Below are positions 1-11,329 of a stretch of 64,000 bases of DNA, in pieces. This DNA is from Trichoplax adhaerens. Lineage: Eukaryota > Animalia > Placozoa. Below the pieces are notes generated by a model. It saw only the letters and a program-made list of their open reading frames with translations. It was not told the origin of the DNA and did not search any database. The position numbers were made by a program, and so were the translations under genes. How positions within the stretch are numbered: position 1 is the stretch's first letter; every line of letters starts with the position of its first letter. The stretch is taken from NCBI RefSeq assembly GCF_000150275.1, contig NW_002060945.1, positions 5,319,397-5,383,396 of the forward strand, in the 5' to 3' direction.

Positions 1-3000
1 AATGTTATGACGTTACATTGCTTGTGCTTTCCGTCAAACCTTAATTTCAACTCAGAAAATCAAGGGTATGGTCAACGTTTACCTAAATACTCTTGTGAAA
101 AAATAAATGTAATTGACATTCGCAGGGAAGGTACAATGTAGGGAATAAAGAGTACAGGATGTTGATCTTGAGTGCCAATAAACTACCAAAATAAAATACA
201 CAAATTATATTAAAAAATTCTGTTTACCCAGTCACTTATGCTTTAATATATATCTTATACTACTGACAATCTTCAGAATAAGTATTAGCAGCTTTTCAGT
301 TGATTGCATTAATGTATGATTCGCTCCTAGCTTTCCTCCTAATTATACGATCATAGATAGAGATATTATTAATAGGCATTTTATACTTCTTGTTATCGTA
401 ATTCAAACGCGTTATAGTTATTTCATAGTCTATAGATAACTTACGAAGATTTAAAACAATTGATATGCGCTGAAATAATGCATCCATAAAATCCTACAGA
501 TAGTAACAACAGCAATGAGGTCATATCCAGGATAAAATATTTTTAAAGCTCAAGAAACGGTTACAGAAGCTGGTCAAATTTTTTTATGTTAGCAGATCAA
601 ACAATTCTAATTGTTGCAAACTTGTACGACAGTAACAATTACCTTTAACTCATACAAAGGTTTACGTTCATCGATTCCATATATAACAAGCTTTCGTAAA
701 ACTGTTTAAAAGCAAGAAAGCTTAATTTTAGTATTAGCAAGATTAAGGTCTTATTTATAGTAACGTTATTGTTGAGGACCTTTTAGGATTAATAGGGAGG
801 AATTCAACATTACGCCTGCTTCATCATTTCGCTAGAGAAAAAATGTTAAGATTATGCTTGTTAGATTATAGAAATAAAAACTAAGCTTTAAAGGCAACTA
901 ACCTGTTGAGAGACGAGTTTGACAAAACTGTCAGTGTTGTGAATCCATTGCTCCAATAGATACGAAAATATACTATTAGCAATCTAAGATAGAAGTAAAT
1001 TATTCGATTATAAAATGCATCAACGATTCAAAATAACGCTAATAATTGATAAATTCATTAACACTACAAAAGTATAGTAAAACTATCTAAGTGATGTTAT
1101 AAGTAAGCAATACCTGGGAAAAGATAACCCTGTCAGTAAATAAACACTTTGAGGCAAAAGCTTTGATTGCATGATGCAAAGTCAATAGAGCTCTGTTCTT
1201 TTTCAAGTTGTCGGTGCTACGGACAGCCTAATACAGATACTCAGATGTTAATAACGTTATATAAATATTACTGTCTAGGGGGTTAAAATATTTAATAGGC
1301 AGTACATTGCACGATGTAATTAAATGTACTCACTTCCAACAAAAATGGGACTAGTTCAGGCCATTGCCTAGGAAAATCAATTCTTGCAATCTTGCTAAGC
1401 AAGACTGCAATTTGCGTAGCAATCTAAAAAAATAAAAATCAATTACAAATTGAATCTTATTTGTAAGACTACGTAAATGTATATACGGTAAAAAATCCAT
1501 TTCAGTCTTATTCTGATTAATTGTACAAGTGACGTCAACGCACTGCAGACAAAGTTTCATTTCCACACTCGATCTAAGTGTCTTACCTGATTTACAGGTT
1601 CAGGATTGTTGATAGCAGACAGTAAACGCGTCCTTAATATTGCTTTTTCTTCTTCATTAATGGCACTAAGACAAATAATAACATCGTTAATTCTTATTCA
1701 TTTAACATCGATTACGAGCGAAAATCCATCAATGCCGCCTCTAGCTCTACTTCACGACTTGATATTTCGATACGTCTCTTAAATATGTACACGTATACAT
1801 TTATAGTAATAGCAATCAAGCAAAGTTTGATCAAACTGTACTGAAATATTGACCATCTTACAAATTCAAGTTATATTTCAGTAATATATATCATTTTGCT
1901 TCACTATATGAATCGGATTTTAAATTAAATTGAGGTTGGTATAGTATGATCAGGGTGCACTGAGTAGCATCTGACATAACAGACTCAGCACGAGTTATTG
2001 ATGAGCAAAGATCAATACGCTAATGTATTATAAAACAAAATAGAATGCTCATAAATAAACCAGTATCTATTTAAAGATATGAATTGCATGTATTTGATAC
2101 CATAGCTCTTCGTCATCAGATTATCGATATTTTACAATAGTTAAAGTTGCATTTATGTCTATGGTCTAAGTATATTTACGGTATATTACAGTATGGGAGT
2201 AATGAAGATGGCTTTAACTTACTTCGGAGCAGTCTTTCGCCAATATCTATCAACACCATTTTTGAAATACAGGACTGCCATCCAGCGGACATTAGTTTGT
2301 ATTTCATAATTGGAGAAAATAGTCTGAAAGATAATTAGAAAAGAAGCATAAAATACAACTACAGTAATTATGATTATAATAAGAAGTTTACGATAATATG
2401 ATGCATTTGTTGCATATTAGAAAATACTCTCCCTATCCATGATATGGCAGTTTTATGACGTACAGTAAATGATGAAGCAATATCTGTGTGTCTATGTGCA
2501 CTAATATCCGAATATAGATGAAGAGAGAAGTATCCTAGCCTAGTAGTGGATACGATCAAAATGTTGCCTGTATTCCATCAATGCTGTTGTTTAACTTATC
2601 CAAGTATGCATTAATACAGTATTATTATTAGTATCCGAATTATAGTTATCTGTAATTCCAGAAATAAGCACAATAGTCTAGTAATGGATGCCATCAAGGA
2701 TGATTGATCCTAGTCTAATTTTATCTAATCTGTCGTTTGGTTTGATAGCAATTTTCATGATAGCCATATACAGCTTAAATCAACGATAGCATGCTATAGT
2801 GATAGCTTCGCAGAAGAACACAGAAGGCCATAAATAATTAAATTGGATTGAATTACTAGACATTCAAGTAGTTTGAATAAAATTAATCTCCAATAGCACA
2901 AGAATTGTAATAGTGCTTACTTTTATACATCAAAGTGATTATTAAAATTTAGTTTAAAATCGCTCCTGAGTAATATCACACTATACTTATTTTTATTATA

Positions 3001-6000
3001 GTCATTTTCAAAATTAATATCTGTTATATTTTCTAACCCTTTTGCCTGAAAATAATTATATCATTGCACATGACATCATAAAGTACTAAAGTAAGTCTGT
3101 TAGCAGTATTGCAAAAAGCTACCATGGTAAAGGTAAAAAAATACGTAGGAGGAGCCGATATATAATTAATTGAAAAGATAGACGAAGAATACGCGTATAT
3201 CACATATATAGGAACAATTGAAATAGTTCTCCTTTATAGCAATCTACTTTCATTTTAGTATCCTCTCATCATTACGTAGTTGCTCTTACTTCGTATTGAC
3301 CATTGCATCATTGGAAGACAAGGAATATAGTCGTCATTCAGTGAGTAAATACTAAGTATGGCAATATTGAAAACGTGACTGCACTTCCAATAGAGTACAA
3401 GACACTGTCTGCTTTCATCAATACTAAAGCATAGGCTGGAAATTGATGAATACAATCTACTAGACGGTTAGTAAATGGCGCTATTTTGTTCCGCGATACT
3501 CATCATTTCATTCATTCTTGTCTCATTGATGTCAATCATTTCTTTCATTAAAAACTATACTGTTACTTTCAGTTAAAGCCAATCCGTTTAGTATCGATAA
3601 TGATTGCTTTTTAGCAAAATATAAATAATAGCCCAGGCATGAGCCATTTTGAATAGGAACATCCATTGAAAAGCAGCTTATCGGCAGTATACAATTACAG
3701 TATTGGGTCAAAATTTTAGCGAGTAATAATTAATTTATGATTCATTATGGCCTTACTGTTTGTTTAGCTCTTAACCTATAACGTGAATTATTATGAATTC
3801 TGATAGTAATGCACCAAAATTACTGGGTTGAAGAAATAGGGTAGATTTAATGTTACTATTCAGTAAAAATGTCCACGATATCATCTTGATAGCTGTTAAT
3901 ATTATATGCAAATGAATTAATAAGAAATAAACTTTAATAAATAGGATGTCAAAGGCCAAATTAGAATGACTACAAAGAAATAATAAATATCGGTCTAATA
4001 TTGCACTAAAATAAGAGTTAAATACTTTTACTGTAGTATAGTAAATCAGATCCAATATTTTATGAAATTTCTGCTAGGACAAGCACTATTTCTGAAATCT
4101 CTTATTCTAATGCAGTAAGCATTTGCTATTTCAGTGTACGAGCAAGATTGATAAGATCGAATTATGAAATCAGTGGTTGGAACACTGGACACTGTATCAT
4201 TGATTAGTTCAATATTCATCTAGCTTGATATACTAGGTTAAGCATTTACTCTCCAAGTCTTTTTAACCTTACGTTTGTGTTTTCAAACTTTTACAACCAA
4301 CTAATAACCATACATCACACAAGGACTACTAGAATCGAGTGATAAATATATAGTTGATGAATAGTCTCCATTTCGTAATTAAATCTTTCCATTTAATCGG
4401 GAACAATCGATCAAAATATTATTATTAAGTCTCACTACATGTAGACTCCAATGATAGGCATACCCTAGAATGCCATTAATAGGATTGGTAGCACTCTGTT
4501 GCTGCTTTCAACACTGCTACAGCAATGTAGCCAAAACACAACATCAGCGATGATATATTGTACGTAGAGATTTAATATCAACTCTGAAATATGACATTCA
4601 ACTTGTCTAGTAGAATTTCTCGATAGAGATTAGCCTAGACGTATATCACTAATTTCAGAGTAATTTACCGTATAGCTGGGCAAGAACTGGCTTAGTAGCA
4701 TCTACTGATGAATTTTATCCCTTGTAGAGTTAAAAAGTAAATACCAGCAACAACATACGTATTTATCCCCTATTCTATCTATATAATTCATAATTTCCAT
4801 TACCCTTCGAGTAGATTTCTAACTCTAAAAAAAATTTATGACAGAGCAATCACTAGATCGCATGATTTAATAACGGACTTTATCGCTAGGTAGAAGTTCA
4901 AAAAAATAATTAGCAGCAATAAAATACGAGATCTTCTGACATATCCTATCTGAGATACACGTAGCACAGTATGTTAAGCTTGGCTGACAAAATCTTTCCA
5001 TGTCTATTACTCTACCTATCCATTTCTAATTCTAGAAGTAACTTATAACCATAACAGGCCAATAACTGGATTGGTAAGATTGAGTGATCAACTGTACTAG
5101 TAGAGCTAACATCTTTAAAAAAATCAATATCACCGACGATGATTAATAATTAATTAATTAATATAATTAATATCAAGAGTTAGGTATACAGTAAGCTAGT
5201 CTATCAGCACTCTACTATTTAGTTCGTGAGCATACTGTACATGGTAATAAGAGTTGTCTATCTTTATCTACTGTATATTTTAATATTCTAGGTCTACATT
5301 TCATTTTAAGATACTTTATGAACTCTGATCACCCTAGGCTAAACACATTGAAGTCCTATCGATCGTTGCAATAGCAATATAAAAATTCGAAATATTTGAT
5401 GCTGTCGGATTAATGTCATCCGGCATCATTTTCATGCTTAATCAATAGCCAAAGTTAGCCTATATAAAAATGGATCCGTCCAATACTGACCCATGACATA
5501 TTATAAGAAAATAACATAGGCAGTAAATTGTAATGGATCGATAGGGAAGACTATCCATTTTACCCTATCCCCCCTATTTAAAACGCCCCCAGTTTACAGG
5601 CATCCAACGCATGATTCTTCCATCGGCAATCTACTACCGTTAAGTCTTTTAATTTGGCGTTTTTAACGTCGATTCAACTACTGCTATAGAATAGTAAAGA
5701 TAGAATCCTATCTAAAAGAAAGATTTCCTTTGCTAATACCTAGCTATAAATCTAATTTTTACAATACGAGTCTATTCCATATCATTCTAAAGGATACCGT
5801 TTATCAGGTACGTTGGCACCTTTCATCTTGATGCTTATGCTAGTCTAGCCATGATTGTATAAGTTGCGATCATAGACACAGTAAAAGAGAGGAAGGAGAT
5901 CGTAATTTATTTCTATCACCTATTAACCATCATTGGCTGATTTTATTTGTAAAGTATACTATGGCTGATCCATCTAGTATGGGGTATAGTGTGTATTTAC

Positions 6001-7124
6001 AATATGCGATTATCAATATGAAAAAAATTGGATAACAATTCATTACTGTTACCTATTAACCATCGCTGATTGATCCTATACTATGCACAATACAGCTGAT
6101 CATCTTATCAGAATATAAAATTGTATGAAAACAGTTTCTACGAGTAGATCGATTATTCTAATTTCCAACAATTATCATGGTTGCTGCCTCCGTACTAATT
6201 GTTAGCGACCAAAATTTCGATTGGATTAATCATGTCGATGTTAATTTTTGAATGGATAAATGTATAAGGTTTCTGTGGATATCGATTGACCTTAGCTACG
6301 TATACAGCCTATTCTATTCATTTTAGGGAGTATATTTACTTTAGAAGTATGATAGTAGCCATTCTAGTGATCAATAATTTCCTTGTTTAGTCGTATAAAA
6401 TAAATGTCCACTTTTTAAAAGTGAAATAGATTGACCTTGGTTCAGGTGTACTATTTCCATCCATGATGATGATGATGTCATTCCAGGTCAGCAAATTGTA
6501 AAATGATCTACTCAAGTCCTACCTCTATTCTCTATTACAGTATGAGAGAAATGTTTTCTGTCTATCTACGGTTATCAACGACTAGTCTCTACGTCTATCC
6601 AAAGATACAAAATCCTATCCTATAATTGTACTATATATAGGAGCTATTCTTGCATTGATTGTACGGTAGATTAATGAATTGATCATCCTATTCCATTCTC
6701 AATAATTTATTAATCTGCTATCTATCTTGCAGCCATGACTGCCAATAATCTTAGCTATCCATCATGTCTTCATCATCAAGTTATTGAACTACACACAAAA
6801 TCAACTCTTATGATACTTCAATATGTGAAAGAGAGATGGATAGAAAGAGAAAGGATGGATTATGGTTAAAATTGCATGCATTAGTATTCCTTGATGAAGC
6901 TGAACACTATAACAGAGAGAAAGATTTGGGGGACTACACGAGCTGTCTTCCATTCTAATTATTATTATTATGCAAGCTCGACTCACCTGTAACGATAGAT
7001 AAAAGTGACGATGGGTCTCCCATGATTTCAACAGTTGTTCAGCTCTTTTTAAATTTGCAGTTGATTGACTAGTAGCTTGTGCTAAAGTATCAATAATGCT
7101 TTCAAGACCAAAGTTCTCTGCCAT
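1..7124 (-). CDS. IPO11: Importin-11 (N-terminal part; gene continues beyond the left edge). Exons: 7124-6987, 2323-2223, 1665-1587, 1423-1334, 1227-1114, 983-903, 831-780, 701-643, 493-445, 326-268, 182-83, <=39
   Basis: Spliced translation MAENFGLESIIDTLAQATSQSTANLKRAEQLLKSWET...TNVRWMAVLYFKNGVDRYWRKTAPNAINEEEKAILR...IATQIAVLLSKIARIDFPRQWPELVP...QDQHP matches the recalled IPO11 IBN_N/HEAT start (QATSQD...WLAVLYFKHGIDRYWRR...DCPRQWPEL). GT-AG junctions are phase-compatible. Confidence 0.95.
3259..4560 (+). pseudogene. Putative decayed fibronectin type III repeat / single-pass membrane protein, nested antisense in IPO11 intron 1
   Basis: Exon-like blocks flanked by AG/GT translate to FN3-like strands: 3259-3340 ILSSLRSCSYFVLTIASLEDKEYSRHS; 3615-3722 SHFE*EHPLKS../IGSIQLQYW; ~3790-3910 NVHDIILIAVNI; ~3945-4200 KAKLE*LQ...ELNTFTVV*/..ICYFSVRARLIRSNYEISGWNT. 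Then ~4470-4550 MPLIGLVALCCCF (TM-like with a Cys cluster). Stops fall at expected Trp/Tyr positions and frameshifts are needed. Confidence 0.4.
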
Positions 7125-7227
7125 CGCGACGAAGGCATGAACAATTTTGCAAGGAAGAAAAAATTGCTGCAACTACTCTTAGCTGCTCGATCTCCCACTC
7201 TCGTCCTGTCTCAAGCTAGACAACCCT

Positions 7228-7244
7228 GGGCGGGGGCAGATTGG
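7228..7244. promoter_or_regulatory. GC box (GGGCGGGG) next to an inverted CCAAT box (ATTGG), ~105 bp upstream of the IPO11 ATG, in the IPO11/SFR1 head-to-head interval
   Basis: Sequence GGGCGGGGGCAGATTGG is a conspicuous GC-rich island in AT-rich DNA and fits Sp/KLF and NF-Y consensus sites. Confidence 0.55.
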
Positions 7245-8064
7245 TCCTTTTCTACCCTCTCCAGCCCAGTCTATACAATGTGGCAATGTTGAAGATGACT
7301 GTGTCTGTTATCACTCAAGATAACACTTGTACGATACAGTACCCTAACTTAAGGCAAATGAAAACACGTTTTCAACTCGTACTGTACCGTACCGTATCGA
7401 TCCGGGCCGTGCCGGTAATGGGCCGTACTAGACTCGAGTGATTCACCTGCACGCTTCCCACATTCCAGGTCACAGATGGACGGACTAGGATGAAGAAAGT
7501 CGGAGAGACTTGCTAATCTTGGACCAACTTTACCTCAATGATATTGATCTAAGCCATCCTGTAGATATTATTCTATATACCTGTATTTGATCTATATTAT
7601 AACCAGGCACTTGTAAGATTGAATTCTCTTCCAATTTTCTCCTAGAGAAATCCCTGATATACCCGTATATTAAGTTACAGTGATGAGTAAAAAGTAACAA
7701 GGGCAAATCGAGTACGCGAGGTATCTGATGGCAGACACTTGCAAACCTCGACATCAATAAATGTACTGCATAGGAAATAACGACAGTACTGTATTGTACT
7801 GTACTAGGGATTCCTCAAGGTTTAGTAGTCTCTGACCGTATTCTACAAAGTATATACTGTATATTTACTAGACTACTTCTTACTAAAGTGGCGGACTTGA
7901 CAGTTAAATGGAAAGACAGACAAGCAATGGCCGCTTACCATACTGAAAATGACGAGCTGACTATGTTACTGGTCACTTCAATTGAATCGTATGCCTGAAA
8001 CAATACACTATACTGTCGACGATTGGCACACGTAGACTCAGACCTGAAGGTATGCAAAATCTGC

Positions 8065-8076
8065 TGAGTATGCGCA
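8065..8076 (+). promoter_or_regulatory. NRF1-like element TGAGTATGCGCA upstream of SFR1
   Basis: An identical 12-mer lies in the same gene-relative orientation upstream of IDH3A (15271-15282). It resembles NRF1 TGCGCATGCGCA. Confidence 0.55.
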
Positions 8077-8291
8077 GACGTCTACCACATCGTTTTCGGG
8101 TCTCCACTCTAGTGGACCGTATTGAACTACTCGGTCAAGACGTTATGACATAGGAGTTACCGCTGGGTTGGTTTTGTGCAGTGCGGTGCACACTTCTAGT
8201 GGTAGAGTATAGTAGAATGACTAGAAAATGATTAGCCTGCCAATTTGGCTCACTGAGCAATCACTTGACAGTCCTGCTCTCTTATGCAACC

Positions 8292-9820
8292 ATGGAATCC
8301 ATGGATACAGAAGATTTAAAAGCTAAATTACTGCAAATTTTCCAAGATAATTCTATACTAACTTGTGACAGTATTGTACAAGCTTTAAAGGACAAGAAAT
8401 TTCACTGGAACTCCAGTCTACTTCAAGTCAGTACTACCAATGATTAATAAATATTAAAATATTTACGATATAACTCAATACAGCAAGACGGTTTGAATGA
8501 ATTGCTAACTTATTTACTCATTTTGATTAGTCACATCTCTTGCATGATACAGTATACTTATTTATTTATACTTGTATATAATATATATAATGATTCTAGA
8601 GGTAGTTGAGCGCAATAAATCTTGATGTATTTGCATACCAATTTACTCGTAGTTGTAGCTAGACCATGCAGATATTAAAACTCCTAGAATGTCATATACC
8701 GTAGATTGATACTGCTCATCTTAACATAATTACAGTAATAGATATCTTTCTCCGTCTTCTTTAAATCGAGAAGGAGAAATAAAGTATTGTTGAGTAATCC
8801 GTGAAATTATAACAAGGGAAACAAAATGATTTGTCGACTAGTTTCAATTGTAGCCCTTGTAATCGATTTATCATCATCGTTTACTATATGCTATACTCGT
8901 ACTGCATTACAGGTATCTCTTCAACAGTTAGTGGATAGTAAGCAAGTCTATGTCAAAGTTATCCATCAAGGCTCACAAGAAGACCAAAAAATCTATTACA
9001 GAAAACCAACTCCTAACCAGGCTAATTGGCAATCATCGTCCAGTCAAAAAAAAAATAATCCTGATGCTAGTGCTGTCAATTCATCCAAGAAACGACGAAG
9101 TATAGGCTTAGCCCCAGCAAACCGTAAGAAATTTTCCTCACCATTATTAAAAAAATCCTCAGGTACTGTCTCCAACCATGCTAGCAAATCGTCCACAGAT
9201 ACAACTGAATATCATCATACAACTCCTGCTACTTCATCAACTGAGGTAGACACTTTCAAGATGGATAAAGAAAACGTCCCCGAATCAGAAAAGTGTCAAG
9301 TACAAGATTTGCTTCAATCCAAAGCTAAGTTACTTCAGATTATCCAAGAGAAAGAAGATAAACTAAGAAAGTTAAAATTGGTAAAAATGTATCACACCAA
9401 GGTAATCAAAAATTCTACCGTAGAAACCATTGAGACAAAGACATATCAATTTAGATAGATTGTATGTATTTTGTCAAAAAATGATTGGGAAAGATTCATG
9501 TAAAATATAAACTGCATTCATTTTTACTCTCACTAGCCCATAGTGAATATAACAAGTGTTGTTTTACATTTTATTCAATTTTACACTGATTTTTACATGG
9601 TAAAACTACTAAAGTTCTGCTTCTACAAAATCTTCAGACTAATTTAGATGATCTAGATCAGCTAATTCTCAAGTGGAGAAGTATTAGTCAAGATGTTGCT
9701 CAGCAACTCCATGAAAAAATTCAAATTGAACCTCGCCCCACTATGGCTCAATTTTTAGATGCCTACCATATTGATCGCAACCTTATCCAATACTCGGCCG
9801 ATGACGAAGCCTTTGTCTAA
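8292..9820 (+). CDS. SFR1: Swi5-dependent recombination factor Sfr1/Mei5 homolog. Exons 8292-8426, 8913-9401, 9638-9820
   Basis: C-terminus EKEDKLRKLKLVKMYHTK|TNLDDLDQLILKWRSISQDVAQQLHEK...TMAQFLDAYHIDRNLIQYSADDEAFV* closely matches recalled human SFR1 ([36 protein letters not shown]...LIDHYGLDDKLLHYNRSEEEF). Both introns are phase 0 GT-AG. Confidence 0.92.
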
Positions 9821-11329
9821 ATTTAAACCTATTATATGGGCGTCAATATTTTGTTTATTTATAGTAAGAAAATTGCATTGCCTCTAGGCAGGATAACTGT
9901 CCTCGGTTACACCTCTGAATTACAAATATCGGTACTATTACCATTCAATTGAACAGTTTATTATTTACGAATTAACTGTATGTAAAATATGCATGCACTG
10001 TAATGTAATAGTGTTTTGATGCTGGAGTACAGTTTACATTATATATTATTTTAGTAATGGTTCGGTCTAACTGATCCTTGTTACAAAGCAATGAAATACT
10101 CATAGGCATGTAAAAGAATAGAATTAAGAGTTGTTTATTCAAATAATGAAATTTATTTAAATCATCGATGCCTATGAAACTATAGTATTCGTTGGTATAA
10201 GTTATCAATTTAGTGGATATTAATTTTAAATTTAAAATATGATACAGTCGTGTAAGTCGTTGTATTCAAGAAAATTATTGTGTAATGACTATACGCGTAT
10301 ATTACTTTTCTGGTAGTACGATGACAAGATTTTGTACATTTTTTTACAGATATTCGAAGCGTATTGAAAGAATCGATGAATTTTGGTTTAAATTAGCTTT
10401 GTTACTAACTTTAAATTAAAATACTAGATGGATCTATCAACTATATCGAATCTTGTATTATTTTATGCCAATTGACAAGTTACAGCTGGTAATAAACATA
10501 AAAATATGCCATGTAATATATCGGAAAGTTGCATTACCGTTTCATGCAGCGTAGTTATACTCAGTAGAACATAGAATGACGGTAAATGGGCCAAAACGAG
10601 AGCAGTCATTTTACCCGAACGCACGTACTAAGTATTCATCCTTTTTTCATAGTTTGCAACATTTTGGCCGTCTCTTAAAATACACCATAAAATCCTTGCC
10701 GTCAATCAAACCAAGATACCATGAAAGGTTACAATACGTATGATGAACTAAATCTTTATTCGAATTTGTATTATCGAAAAATAGCGGAATTATGATTCTT
10801 GTTTACCTAGCTATATTATACTTGAAGAAGGAAACTGATCTTAGTTTCATCTATCATAAGAGATAGCAAATATTGCAGTTCGTTTATTTCACTAACTGTA
10901 ATATCATTAATAAAGAGTTCAGCACGTGCAAGAATAATCAGCCCCAGGTCTTGATAAACTCGACAAATACCAGGTGTAAATAAACATACTTTTGCATAAT
11001 TTTATTTATTAAAAGCATGTGCTTGTTGTCACAAAATGCAAAACAAGGATAGATTGTAATGATCATTAAAATATGGCATACAGCCATCCAAAAATAGTAT
11101 ATTACCTAATTAAAACTATTATAACTATGATGTACTAAATTGTAAGAACAACTAGTATCCAAGTTTCATTTAGAAGCTATATTTTGAGTTAATTTAGTAT
11201 CATTATCATGTTAGCAGCAGGAAACTTGCCGATGGGGTAAATATGAATAGTTAAATCATCAAAAATGATGCAAAGTTAACCATGGTGCTAACTTATTTTT
11301 GATACAGTAGCTTGACATATATCGTACAA

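Noticed and set aside
4030-4200. Resemblance to ADP-ribosyltransferase 'ISxxSY..ExE.LF' motif
   Set aside because: No ExE is present, and the FN3 reading explains more of the neighbouring blocks.
7489-7590. DLLILDQLYLNDIDLS resembling the Nrf2 DIDLG motif
   Set aside because: Bounded by stops, no ATG, and no downstream CNC-bZIP exons; likely chance.
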